This document shows positions 38,501 to 51,303 of a stretch of 64,000 nt of DNA, one piece after another. The first letter of the stretch is position 1; each line of letters starts with the position of its first letter. The notes under the pieces were generated by a model. That model searched no databases. It had not been told where the DNA came from and saw nothing but the letters and a program-made list of their open reading frames with translations. A program made the translations under genes and the position numbers. The DNA is from Lama glama (Eukaryota), in NCBI GenBank assembly GCA_028534125.1, contig CM052817.1, forward strand, positions 28,522,001 through 28,586,000. Reading direction: 5' to 3'.

Positions 38501-39337
38501 TTTTTTTTTTTTTTTTACATTNNNNNNNNNNNNNNNNNNNNNNNNNNNNNNNNNNNNNNNNNNNNNNNNNNNNNNNNNNNNNNNNNNNNNNNNNNNNNNN
38601 NNNNNNNNNNNNNNNNNNNNNNNNNNNNNNNNNNNNNNNNNNNNNNNNNNNNNNNNNNNNNNNNNNNNNNNNNNNNNNNNNNNNNNNNNNNNNNNNNNNN
38701 NNNNNNNNNNNNNNNNNNNNNNNNNNNNNNNNNNNNNNNNNNNNNNNNNNNNNNNNNNNNNNNNNNNNNNNNNNNNNNNNNNNNNNNNNNNNNNNNNNNN
38801 NNNNNNNNNNNNNNNNNNNNNNNNNNNNNNNNNNNNNNNNNNNNNNNNNNNNNNNNNNNNNNNNNNNNNNNNNNNNNNNNNNNNNNNNNNNNNNNNNNNN
38901 NNNNNNNNNNNNNNNNNNNNNNNNNNNNNNNNNNNNNNNNNNNNNNNNNNNNNNNNNNNNNNNNNNNNNNNNNNNNNNNNNNNNNNNNNNNNNNNNNNNN
39001 NNNNNNNNNNNNNNNNNNNNNATTTTTGAAATGTATGTCAGATAATGTTTTGCCTATGTTTTCCTCTAGGAGGTTTATTGTATCTTGTCTTATGTTTAAG
39101 TCTTTAATCCATTTTGAGTTGATTTTTGTATATGGTGTAAGGGTGTGTTCTAGCTTCATTGTTTTACATGCTGCTGTCCAGTTTTCCCAACGCCATTTAC
39201 TGAAGAGACTGTCTTTATTCCATTGTATATTCTTGCCTCCTTTGTCAAAGATGAGTTGACCAAAAGTTTGTGGGTTCATTTCTGGGCTCTCTATTCTGTT
39301 CCATTGGTCTATATGTCTGTTTTGGTACCAATACAAA
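38501..39337 (-). mobile_element. Young 5'-truncated LINE-1 (ORF2 C-terminal part to poly(A)), with 500-N gap 38522-39021
   Basis: TSD atgtcacttctttt at 38487-38500 and 39338-39351 (18 bp with 1 mismatch if extended). Poly(T) at the left end. Uninterrupted ORF2 peptide [18 protein letters not shown]...[13 protein letters not shown]...[15 protein letters not shown]. Confidence 0.95.
39022..39336 (-). pseudogene. LINE-1 ORF2p fragment (region C-terminal to the RT core), open but 5'-truncated
   Basis: Translation closely matches mammalian L1 ORF2p. The N-terminal residues of track ORF 38515..39390 come from flanking DNA outside the TSD. Confidence 0.9.
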
Positions 39338-41648
39338 ATGTCACTTCTTTTACTTACTTCTTTTTTTCCATGAGGTTCCTTCTTACACATGGCTTTTACT
39401 GTTGGCTTTTTTCCCTACTGGGCCTCTAACTATCATGATAACCAGGATACTATCTTTGGTACTCTTTTATTGAAATCTGCATTCTATTTTATTTTCTGCC
39501 TTCTAAATTATTTTATCCAGTTCAACAGCTTCAAATATGATTCTAAGGTTATATCTCCATTCTGGCCTCTCTCCTGAGCCTTGAGCTCCTAAAACATATA
39601 TATTATAATTATATATATATATTACAATTATATAATTTAATTTTAATTTGATGTTCAATTTAACAAGCATCTTTGATTAAACATGATGGAAACAGAAGTC
39701 TAAAACTTTTCTCATTGAAACAATTCTCATTTAAGTTTTCTCTGACTCAGTAAATGATACCATCATTCATTAAGTTGATTTATCTTTGACTTTTTTCTTC
39801 TCTCATAAATTTTTTTCAGTATATCAGCAAGCCATGCCATTTCTACCTTCAAAATGTATTCATTTCTCAAAATTTCAGCTACTAATTTTATAGCTCAAGT
39901 CACCATCATCTCTAACATCAAACACAAAAATAGCCTATCACTTGATCTCCCTGCTACCATTATTGCCTCTTCAAATGTTAGCCAACATAATTGTTCTAAA
40001 GTAGAAAGCAGAGCTTGACAGTTTCACTGGCCATCCTCACAAGTTTTCTTATTACTCAAAATAAAATCCAACTCCTTAACAATAGAATTTTATCAGGCCT
40101 CTGATAGCATCTTCAAACTTCTTCCTCCTTTCTTACTAATCAGTAATCTTTCCATTGACAACTTCAGCTTTTTTTTTTTTTTTTTTTTGGTCATCTTTTC
40201 CTCTCCTTAAACATGAAAAGTTTGTCACCATCTCAGGGTCTTTGAATTTACTTTCTTGTTTTTCAGGCTCTTTCTGCAAGGCTGCCTCCATTTCCTAGTC
40301 CAGGTCTCAATTCAAATGATTCCACCTCATATGGCCTTCTTTGGCCACAAACTCTGAGCATCACTGTGAACATCTTATTTAATCTTCTTCATAACATTCA
40401 TTAATATCTGCCATTATCTTGCATGTGTATTTGTGTGTCCATTAACTGTCTTTCACTCTGTAGCATAAACTCCTTGTCAAAATTCTTGCTTTTTCTTACT
40501 ATATTCTAGCAATAAGAACAGAGTCTAGCACAAAAAAAAGGCAATCTAGGTAAGATTTTTGCTAACTTTCTGATTGCAGGAGGAAGAGCTTTGGTATTAG
40601 TTTGTTGGTCAGAAAAGGAGAGAGAGGGGTACATATTGATATAAAAGATCAGGTCACAGGTTATACTACTAAAGCTTTCCTCTCCCAAAGTAGAGGGGCT
40701 GAGTAAGTGGATATAATCTATGTCCCATCAAGGAGACTTCATGTTTGGTCATTTTCCCAGGATCATTCTAAAGTCTAGCCCGTTGTTAAGCGGTGATTTG
40801 GGAAGTTCCCCTTTAGGAATTTCTAGCAAAACTTTACTTATGAAGGCATGTATTTTCAACTTTGGAACTCAATGGATATTTATAGAGTGCTTGATATGCG
40901 TCAGAAACTGTGTCAAATGTAACGGTCAAGAAATACTAGTTTCCTGTTTTCATAGAGCTCGATATTAGTGAGATCAGTACAATTTAAAAGTCTGGTGTCA
41001 CGGAATCCAAGGAAACAGAGTACTCGAAGAATGAGAAAAATGCGAAACAATGTATTCAGTGCAGGTCAAGTTAGGTAAGCACTGAAATGTGTATATTGAA
41101 TTCAATGGCCAGGAAACTATTAGTCACTTTAAAAGGAGCAGATCTGACAGAGATGCTAAGGAAAGAAGTGTGCAATTCTTCCTATACTAGGATTAGAATG
41201 AGTACAGCTTTAAAAAAAAAGTGATAGATATAAGCATAAATGTAAAGAAAATGTGTTTGCTTCATTTCAAAAAAGAAGAAGCTTTAAAAATGAAAATACT
41301 GCTGGAATGAGCTGAAGATAAAGTAGGGAAATTAAAAATGTTTTAAATATCAGCATCCTACGAAGGAAGAAAGACATGGAAATTTAAAACAAACATTGAA
41401 AAGAGGCCCAAGTAGAAGGACATGCTGGCTGTGAAATCACGTAATTTTGTAGACTTGGGATAAGAAGAGAAAGAAATGTTTAAGTGATGGTTTGCATATT
41501 TTTCCGAGGAATTATAAAAAATAATTTGCCTAATATCTATGGCAGTAGAGAGAAAATCGAAGGTTTGGAAAGGATGGAGAAAATTTTTAAAAAACACTGG
41601 AATTAGGAGAAGGTAAGACAGAGAAAACAATTGCTGAGTGATATGAAA

Positions 41649-41852
41649 CAGTGCTGTCAAAAAGAACTTCCTGCAGTAATAAAAAGATTCTATCCCTCTA
41701 CTGTCCAAAACTATAACCACTAAAACACGAGGCCATTGGACTCTTGAAATGTGTCCAGGGCAGCTGAGAAACTAACTCTTTAATTGTATTTCAATTCAAT
41801 TAATTTAAATGTAAATAACCACATGTGGTTAGTGGCTATGATACTAGTAGAC
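41649..41852 (+). mobile_element. MER3 hAT-Charlie MITE
   Basis: cagtgctgtcaaaaagaacttcctgc ... aaataaccacatgtggttagtggcta. Confidence 0.8.
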
Positions 41853-44800
41853 CAGGAACAGAGAGACTAACCAGGCGTCTATGTAAGTAGGGAAGTTTTC
41901 TCTGACAACGTTAATCTAAGCTAAAACAGGAAAGGGTACTTGGATTCAACCACATCTGGCTGGATTGAAGACAGGGTCTTGGATTATGGGGTTTGGAATC
42001 CAGGACAGCAAGTAAGAGAGTGTAGTATAGCCATACGAGAATAAAGGTTATAGGAAGGTCATGGGCTCTACAGTAAGCATGAAAGGAAGTGAATAGATAT
42101 AGAAATGAAGGAGACAGGTCAGAGGATTGGAGTCATAGTAGTAAGAGTGAAACATCTAGAAGAAAAGCAATGAATGGTTCAAAAGTGGAAAGATCGATTC
42201 CCTTCAAAGCAGAAATGCCAGAGCTCTGGCATGGCACAGATAACTGCTTTCGGTTGCTTTTCATTCACGCATAGGTTTGCTCATCAGTCAAACATTTATT
42301 GGGCACCTTCAATGTGTCTAGTGTTGCAGCTTAGAGATGAATTGACTTGCATTGCCTCTGCTATCAAGAAGCTCACATTCTAGTGTGAGATACAGAAGGG
42401 CAGTGTTATAATGAGATTACGTCCATTGCTCTTAGCCTTCCTTTAAATGTATATATAGTTTTTAAAAGTATGATATCTGTCTAAATGTCACATAACTTGA
42501 AGTCAATATCATGTAATCATGATGATCCTACTTAACTTTGAATTGATCACAGATTCCATAATCAGGAGCCATAGTATAATTAATTCAGTCTGTGTAGTGA
42601 TAAGACTTTTCAGGTTTATTTAGCAGTTTTCAACACCAAAAGCCCCAATATGCTGCCAACTGTTTTAACTGTTTCTTACTCCCAGCCGCTTGATTCCTAT
42701 GCCTACATAAATGTCACTCGTCAAGCCCTAAGGAAATCTGAGGAACAGACATTAATTCCTTATCAGAGACTGGTTGCTCTTCTAGAATCATTGAACAATT
42801 AATGTCCTCACTCCTTTGTCCTCATACCCCATTTTCTCCAGTAAATCTTCTCATGCCAGTGCCCTGCCTACTACTATTACAGCATTCTCCTTGGGTAAGA
42901 TTCATAACACATCTTAACTATTTATTTATCACAAACTTTGCTTCAGTATTTCCAGATTTAACAGAGCTCCTATTATGTAACAGTGTATGCAATTAAATCT
43001 ATAAATCACGGTTCTTACCGAACCAACTAGTATAGAAGACACAAATGCTTCTGGAGTTAAAGCTTGATAAAAGTCATTTTATCGACATGATGTACTTGCT
43101 CTGGCACCACATATTCTAGACGCAAATCCATACAGACTATATCATATTTTGACAGGATTTTTAAATTATCAACTAGCACTATTGTGTTCTTGCTTCATCA
43201 CATCAAGCTTGGCATATTCAATATCCTACAGAACAAATGGGATTTCTCACAAAGGTAATGAATTTGGGTTACTTTTGACTCTTTTATATATATATTTTTT
43301 CCAAATATTTATACCTTTAACTCCAAAAATTAGAAAATATCCTAAAATTGGTAGTAGGAAATCAAAAATAGTGAATGCAAAGAATTCTGTGTCATGTGGA
43401 TTAATTTTTATATAAAAAAAAGCAAGGGATAATAACTGTGACATCCAATATTAATCATTTTCATACATATGGTTATTCTTATAGAGGAAGAACTGAGGTT
43501 CGGAAATCCTACGTAAAATGCTTAAAATAATGATATTAGTGAGTAGTGAGCCATGATTTCTGCAAAGGTCTAATTTCGATGTTTAAGCTCTTGATATTTA
43601 GATTGTTTTACCTCTATTTAGAAAAAGTTGTTTCCATTGGGGGAAATGAGTTTTTTTTAAATAAACAAAAAATGTATATTTCAAGTCCTAGCATTGACTG
43701 CCTCTTCTCAGATGACTTCACTTTTGTAGGCTTGACCATGAACAACCTGAGCTGCAGCAGCAGAATAGATAACAGAGATTAGGCCAATGGTGGATGGGAC
43801 TGGGAGATTTAATCTGATTGTGAGTACGACCTACTTGAAAGTGAAGGAAGCAGAGCAAACTAGTGTGGGCTCTAAGCTGACTCTGTCATCCGCACGATCT
43901 GGTTTGGAAGGATGGCTCACGGCCATCAGGCTCTGGAGGCTGCAATATCTTCCCATGTGTTGAAATATTCTTGTAGAGAGTTCATATTCATTAACGTTGT
44001 GTAATTTTCTTCATGTAAGATCTATTCACTTCTTATTGGATAGATTTATACCTGTTTAATGATGTTTATTTTTCTATTATGAATGGGAATTTTTATTTTT
44101 ATTGTTTTACTATTGCTTGTATATAAGAACATTTTTTCTTGTCTTTGTGTGCATGTATGGTGTGTGTGTGTGTTTGTCTGCTTTTATCTCATTGCCAGTC
44201 ACTTCTGTAAACTCTATAATTCTAAGCATTTTTTTTCATTGATTTCCACTGGCTTTCTATGGATCATGTAATACTGCCTGAAAATAATTATGATTATGTC
44301 TCTTATTAATTTCACCCAAGATACAATAAACACTCAGGTCTATTTCAGCTGCTAAAATTTTTTTCAAGCTGCAACCTATTTAGGCATATACAAATCTTAC
44401 ATTGACTTTGCTCTGTCTTCTCTGTGTATATCCTGTCTAATCACTTTCTTTAATATTTCTTTCACTATAATTTTTACAGAAAATCTCATAATTTTATCCT
44501 CCACATATATTGTTCCTTTTTATTCAGTGTTAATTATCATATTTTACAATCTCTGATTTGTATTTTATGTACTTAGCAAACTTTGAGTTGTTGTGAATAC
44601 TTTTCTGAACCCAAGCAAGTTTTTCTACTTTAGATCTAATTTTCAATCCACTTTTTCTTTATTGCTTCCTATAGCTTTTCATACATTCTAGTGGAATGAT
44701 CATACAAACTTCTACAAGTTTCTTCTTATGTTTTTAGTAAAATATAACAAAAGGGTTTCTCTTTATCTGTATTCTCATGCACTTGTTACTAAATATTCAT

Positions 44801-45789
44801 GCATAAGATACTCTTTGTGACATAGACCCCATTATGGTTTAATTTCTTCAAACTAAGAACATTTCATCTAGTACAGGAGTTTGCCTATAACGTGTAAAGC
44901 AATGAAGGAGACAAAACAGGTAAATTATCTCTTGCCCAACAAAATAGATGACATTTTCATTTGGGTGGGGGTGGGAGGTCCCAGCTGTTTTGATCACCAT
45001 GGTAAACCTAGTACTTCGCAAAAATGCTCAATGTATTCTTAAATGGATGAATAATAAAATCTCATTCTTAGTTAAGATTCAGTTGATATGCACAGCTTCT
45101 GGTCTAATTAACAGTAGCTATCAGACATTCATCTTTACTGATCTGAGGTAGACTTTTCCCCTTCCCAACGGAATAGTTCTACGACCACGTGAAGTTAGTA
45201 AAGAAAACAGCCACCCTCTTGCAAACACACGTACACGAGCACGCACTGGAACCTAGCAGTCCCTGCCCTGCAGGCTGAGCCAGGCTTCACTGACTCTTAC
45301 AGGGTTTTACATGTGAAGCTTCTTCAGTTACTGGTGAGGGCGTTATTTCCCTGTTTGCGCTGTGCCATGGGCAGGCCCACGGCTTTGATTTTTGTGGGAA
45401 TTGTAGTCTGAAAGTGTGGAGACCAAGAGCAGAACCTAAATACTCAAAACCTTGTGTAACGCTGTCAAGTTTTCCTGATGAGTTCACGGTGGCAGGAATC
45501 AAAGAAGAAGATGTGTTTGATCTTGCCATGTGTCTCCCAGTGAAGCTCTTTTGTTAATGGAAAATCTTCCTGGACTCGAAGAATTTGTCAAACCAAATGT
45601 GTTCATTTCTGATGCTCTCATGAATTTCTATCTTTTCAATGTTTTCACTTTTTTTTTTTCCTTCCCTGCTAGCCAGACAATATTTTATTTTGGAAGAGAT
45701 ACCTGTTCTGTTTAGGATTGAGATGCCAATTTCCAGGATTAAAGCTGGCCTTAATAAACAGTTACGTATATGCAATATTTTCTCAAGAA

Positions 45790-46230
45790 CTGTATAAGGG
45801 CATGGAAGAAATTGCTGTAGCCCCCAATATTTGTTTACCTCTTAATTCAATTATTGGAAAATGGCTATTCAGCAAAATCCTACATTTCTCAGCCTCCCTT
45901 TTTGTTAGCATGGCCAAAAGATTAAGTTCTGGTCAGTGGGAGGTAGGTGGAAGTTACCATGTTGCAGATTCCAGGAAACCTTCTTACAAGACGATTGGCA
46001 TAAGTTTTACTTTTTTATTTTCAACCTTCCTTCAAGGATGTAGGATTAAAACATGGATACCTGGGCTGTAAATGTCACTCTCCCGAACTAAGTTATTGAA
46101 GCATCCATAGAGCGACAAGCTTGAAAAAGTCTAATTTCTTGAGTCTTTGTAGTATGAAGAGGGTTTATTTTTCTGGAATTATAATTTAATACCTTGTAAA
46201 TTATTTTCTGTTTTATTTACAAATATGTTA
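45790..46230 (+). mobile_element. MaLR LTR (MLT1I/J-like)
   Basis: ctacatttctcagcctccctt...ggccaaaagattaagttctggtcagtggga motif. Confidence 0.6.
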
Positions 46231-47019
46231 GCAACAATTCTTTGTGTGGAAGATGAGAGGGGATAAAAATACATGAAATACCCACCCATTATTAGATGGG
46301 GAAAAAAAAAGGTCACCATTTCAAATAAAAGTAAATCTCTTGGAATCTCATGCGATAGAACTGGTAAACTGAAGACACACACACGTCAGGAGTCAATGTG
46401 GGGATAGTGTAGGTGGTATATCACTTGACTGCTCCTTTAATAGAAGTTATTCATTTGAACCTCATTTAGTCAGAATTGGTGATAATTTAAAAGGAACTCA
46501 TCATTACCTAGGGGAAATGGCTTGGCTTTAAAATTGACAATATAAACATAGTTAACAGATTTTTGTCGTGCCATTTTATATGTAAACAAAGATATTCTAA
46601 TCTCTGATTTCCCTCAACTGCTAAAAGCAGGTCCCCAAACGCCTAATTTAGATGGCACTTCTTGATGCTTGAGTTACTGTGTGTCCTGATTAGGAAGAAT
46701 ACTCTCTCTGATGAACTGTTCCCTGATGAAAATGTTTCAGTCATTTAGAAAAGTTTCATTTTAGACCAGAGACGTGAAGGGAAAAGTTATCAGAAATTTT
46801 AGCAGCTTTTCAAGAAAAGACTTTCACAATATGTCAGGCCAAATAGAGTATAACCTAGAGACTTCCAGCTCCACCCGGAAGGTCCCCGCACAAGAGTGGG
46901 AAGGGCTGGCCAGGGAGAGGAGGCTCAGTGGTGCTGCAGCTTCAGTTTTTAACTCTTTAGTTAACAATTGATAGGGAAACTTAAAATAATCTTACCTTTT
47001 TCTATCAAAATGATTAATA

Positions 47020-47640
47020 TACTTACCCAGAACTACACTTCTAAGAATACATCCCACAGATACTATTGCATGTGATTAAAATGCATTTGAGAGTTTATTA
47101 GTTGATTTTTATTTATAATTCCAAAGGATGGGTAACAACCCAGTGTTCATGAATATAGGACTGATTAAGTCAACTATGAAATATCCACACAACAGAATGC
47201 CTGCAACTGTTAAAAATATGAAGGAAAAAAATAAGGAAACTCTCGATGTGCTAATGTAAGTAGATGTCCAGTGTATTCAGTCGGACCATTAAGAAATTTG
47301 TGAGTTAAATGTAATAGTACTTGGGCAATTTTATTTGGTTCCTATTACTCAATCTAAATCAAGCAAAAAAAGAAACACAAGAAATGCAGACAAAGCACAT
47401 ATCATGTTAACTTTTGTGAAAGAAATGGAAGAAATAGTTGATTATTTATGGTCATATTTCCTTGGAAACAGAGACATTAATAAAGTTAGGTACTTAAGTA
47501 GTGGAGTGAGAGGGGACAGTGTTGAGAATGAAGATTTTCACTTTCAACAGTTGTACATTATTTCATTTGTTAACCAAGTAAATACATTACTTATTTTTCA
47601 AAATCACTTAATTTTTGTCTACATTAAGCATGATGAAATT
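47020..47640 (+). mobile_element. Ancient L1M 3' fragment
   Basis: cacttctaagaatacatccca...aacaacccagtgttcat...actatgaaatatccacacaacagaat. Confidence 0.65.
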
Positions 47641-48489
47641 TAACTCAGTTTGTACATTCTTTTTTGGAAGAATTTGTGCTATAATTCTTAAATAAATAAA
47701 GGGAAAGAATAATTGAGTTACCAGTTGCTTCCAAGATGTCCATTGTCTAATCAAATATTCATAAAAACATTTTTAAAATTATAGAATGTTAGAGCTTTTA
47801 AATACTTTATGTAAAAATGGCATTCTCTTCATATCATTTTGTGGTTCAAATGTATGCGTATAAAAGGCTTAACTTTCAGTATTCATGCCTGAGAAATGAA
47901 AACATTTTCCCACAGCATTAACGTTAGTTTTCACAGTCTTATGAGTTTCTCCAGCAAAATGTTTAATGATATCTCTTCCTTTACTACGTATGTAGATATT
48001 ACAAGGGGATAAATGGCTATTAAGAGTAAAATCTACTACATTTAATGAGCACCTGCTTAGACTGCGGGTCAGTGTTTTTGATGAAACATTTACTAGCTGC
48101 TCATTATAATTTGCATCATTAGGCCTTTTAAACTGCAGCTCCCATAAGAAGAACAACATTTTCTTAACCCACTTTGTAAGTGTTTATAATGCCTGCTGAT
48201 TTTCAGCTGTGAAAGCGTCATTTATTATATTCACAGGTTTTTATGGAGAAAGAGGCTTGGATGAGCTTTTCTACTAACAGTCTTTCTCATTTGATTATAT
48301 CATTCTACCCCTGGTGCGTACGGAGGACTTGAATTCACTCAGCTGAAAATGCCTCCCTTTAGATCCTATACACATGTTTTGTGAGCCTCAGTTTTTATAT
48401 CTAAAGAGAGAATAAATGGAAAGAATGGGAAAACATGTGAAATGTATGAAAGGCGATTGTCTGCACCTAAGTATCAAATGGAGCACCTT

Positions 48490-48715
48490 TTTATATAGTA
48501 CCTGCCATGTTAGACGCGTAGCTTACATCAAAAGCATCTAGTCCCCTTTAGCGACTTGTAAGGTCTCTATGTTACCCACTATCAAACCCATAGCAAATAA
48601 AAAAGGAACCTCAGAGGTCAAACAACGCGTTCCAGGTCACACGGCATTACGTAGTAGAACCAGGAGCGAACCCAGGCAGTTAGGGTCCAGAATCTGTGTT
48701 CTTGGGCATTATACT
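48490..48715 (-). mobile_element. MIR SINE with unusually many CpGs
   Basis: ggaacctcagaggtcaaacaacgcgttccaggtcacacggc...gaacccaggcagtt. Confidence 0.8.
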
Positions 48716-50244
48716 ATAAAGAATTAACAGATAATGAATAGAATTTGCACTTTGATGATTGAATATATGAATGAATGAATAAATGAAAGAATGAATAATA
48801 GTTTAAAACAACGGAATGAACAATACTACAAAACCGATACAATTCCAAGTCTAGGTCAATTAACTTTCTCAGCCTTGTTGCCTCACCTTCACAATCAGAC
48901 CACTGGACTATTAGATGCTCCCTTTCACTTATAATAGCTGAGATTTTATGATCCATGGACAAATATAAAACACATTTTTCTCAAACCCAAACTTGTTCTC
49001 TTCTACTAGTCTTTCTAGAGAGATTACGGAATGGATAAAAAGAATCCAATTCTTCATTAAAAAAAAAAAAAAACTTTCAACGCAATACCCACCATGGTTC
49101 AGGGGCTGTCCAGTGTTTTGTCCAGCAGAGCAATAAACAAGGCGTAGCATTTTCATTCTGGGAGATTTATGTAATCAGGGATTTATCAACTACCAGATCG
49201 GGGTCTCTGTTCTCAGGTGTCCCGGGGACACAGAAGAGAATTTAAACAGTCTGAGCAGTGAGTAAGGACAGAAGAATTTCCCTAGACGAGAGTTCTTAGC
49301 TGAGTTCTGAAATATAAGTGGAGAAAACAATTAAAGACGAGGGAGAACACACTGCGGGGAGTTAGAGTAACAAGGGCGAAGTCCAGAGGCAAATGAAATT
49401 GGGCGCATTCAGGAAGTGCTTTCGCTCAAAATAGCTGTCAGCTTTAGATGGGAGTGGTGGGAGAAATTAGACCGGAGGACCTATTGGATTGTGCTTAACG
49501 GTTTTTAATTTTAACCTGAGTGCAACACTAAGCTATAGAAGAATTTTAGCCTGAAGAATGGCACTCACCTTGTCTTTCATTCAGTAAATAATTGCTGTGT
49601 GCCTATCATGTACTGAGCACTGTTCCTGGCTCTTGAGATGATGGGATTCACAGATTAGGAAAGATTCTTATGGCTTCAGGGCAGAAAGTTGATTGCAGAG
49701 GCTAAAAAATAGGAGATGAGGATATTAGCTAGGAAGCTGGCACTGGGAAGGAAAGAATTCTGACCTAAGGGAATGCAAAGTGGCAGGAGAGTAGTGTGCA
49801 CATTTGAAGGACATTACGGAGTAAAACCAACAGAACTTTGTGATTGATTCAATGTAGGGTGAGTGAGAATGAGGAAATTCCAGGATAACTTAGGAAGTCC
49901 TCCGTCCCCTCCTCAAGTAACATTTACTGCTTAGCCTAAGTGTAGTACGGCAACATGAAGGTGTGAGCAATTCAAATGATAGACATTACTCTGAGTGAGA
50001 TACTATGGAGAAATCAGAGTTCTTTGGGAAAGATGATGGGCACATTTGAACACAAGTTATAAATCATGCGGTAATGTCAAAAAGGGACATATCCACTTGG
50101 TAATAGTGCTGAGGCTCAGGAGACCCAAATGGACTCTATAGCAAAATATTTGTTCAGATTTAGCAAAATGGTTAATCACTGACCAAGCATTCCCTGCTCC
50201 CCTAAATCTATTAGTCTGTATTATGTCATCTAATGATGAGAATA

Positions 50245-51265
50245 TTTTTATTATAAAACTGCCCATATTTGAAGTTTACAATTTGATGTGTGACATATAT
50301 ATGAAACATACATGTATATATAGATATAGGTATATGTGTACACATTTATACAGTATGTGTGCACATATATGAACATATATACATATAGTTTTATATCTTT
50401 AGTTTCATATGAATATATATGGTTTAATATATCAAACCTCAAATTGTGAACTTGAAAAGTATATATATGTGTGAGTATGATATATATATATGTGTGTGTT
50501 TATATATATATATATAAAACCCATCACCTCAATCAAGATAATAAACTTATCTATCATTCCCAAAAGTTTCTTCCTGCCACTCAGTAATACCCTCTCCAGA
50601 TCCTCCTTCCTTCCTGTTAGCAGTTTACTTTCATACACATAGCATCAAGCAGTGTGCACTCCCTTTTGTCTGAGACTTCTTTCACTTGGCGATAATTACT
50701 TTGAGATTCATTCACTTTCCCACATGTACCAACAGTTTGTGACTTTTTTGCTGAGTAGTATTCCACTGTATTGATATATTATGGTTTGCAGCCCAGCACT
50801 TGTTGATAAACATTTGTTTCTTTCCAGTTTGGGACTATTACAAATAATGCTGCTCTGAACATTCATTTAAAGGATTTGTCTGATCGTATGCTTTCTATTC
50901 TCTCGGTAAATACCAACAAGCAGGATGTCTGAATAACACGGTGGGTGCATTTGAGCTTTTGAAAGAAAATGTCCAATTTTCCAATGATTGTACCACTTTG
51001 TATTCCCAACAGTCATGTCTCAGGTGTTCAGTTCCTCTACATCCTCGCCAACGCTTAGCAGGGTCAGTTGTTTCAGTCGTAGCCATGTGATAGGTCTGCA
51101 GTGAGGGCTCACTGTATTAACTTGCACTTCCCAAATGACTAGCGATACTGAGCATATTCTCACATGCTTATATGCCATCTAAATATCACTTTTAATGAAA
51201 TGTTCAAGTCTTTTGCCATTTTTTAATTGTTTTGATTGTTCTTTTACTAGTGAGTTTTAAGAACA
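50245..51265 (-). mobile_element. Old L1 (L1MB-like) ORF2 end plus 3' UTR
   Basis: ccatcacctcaatcaagataataaacttatctatcattcccaaaagtttc and ttgtaccactttgtattcccaacag are standard antisense L1MB motifs. Confidence 0.85.
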
Positions 51266-51303
51266 TGTGTGTGTGTATGTGTGTGTATATATATATATAT
51301 ATA

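Larger units (their letters stand above)
37550..40560 (+). mobile_element. Old LINE-2 (~2.2 kb), split by the young L1 insertion
   Basis: Pyrimidine-rich L2-like sequence, e.g. aacatttgataccagtgacaattccctc just before the TSD, continuing after it to an L2-type 3' end (agagtctagcaca...) near 40520-40560. Confidence 0.7.

Noticed and set aside
38321..39390. Long ORFs of 180-312 aa
   Set aside because: Artefacts of reading through the 500-N gap. Only the L1 ORF2 part (39022-39336, minus) is real coding-derived sequence.
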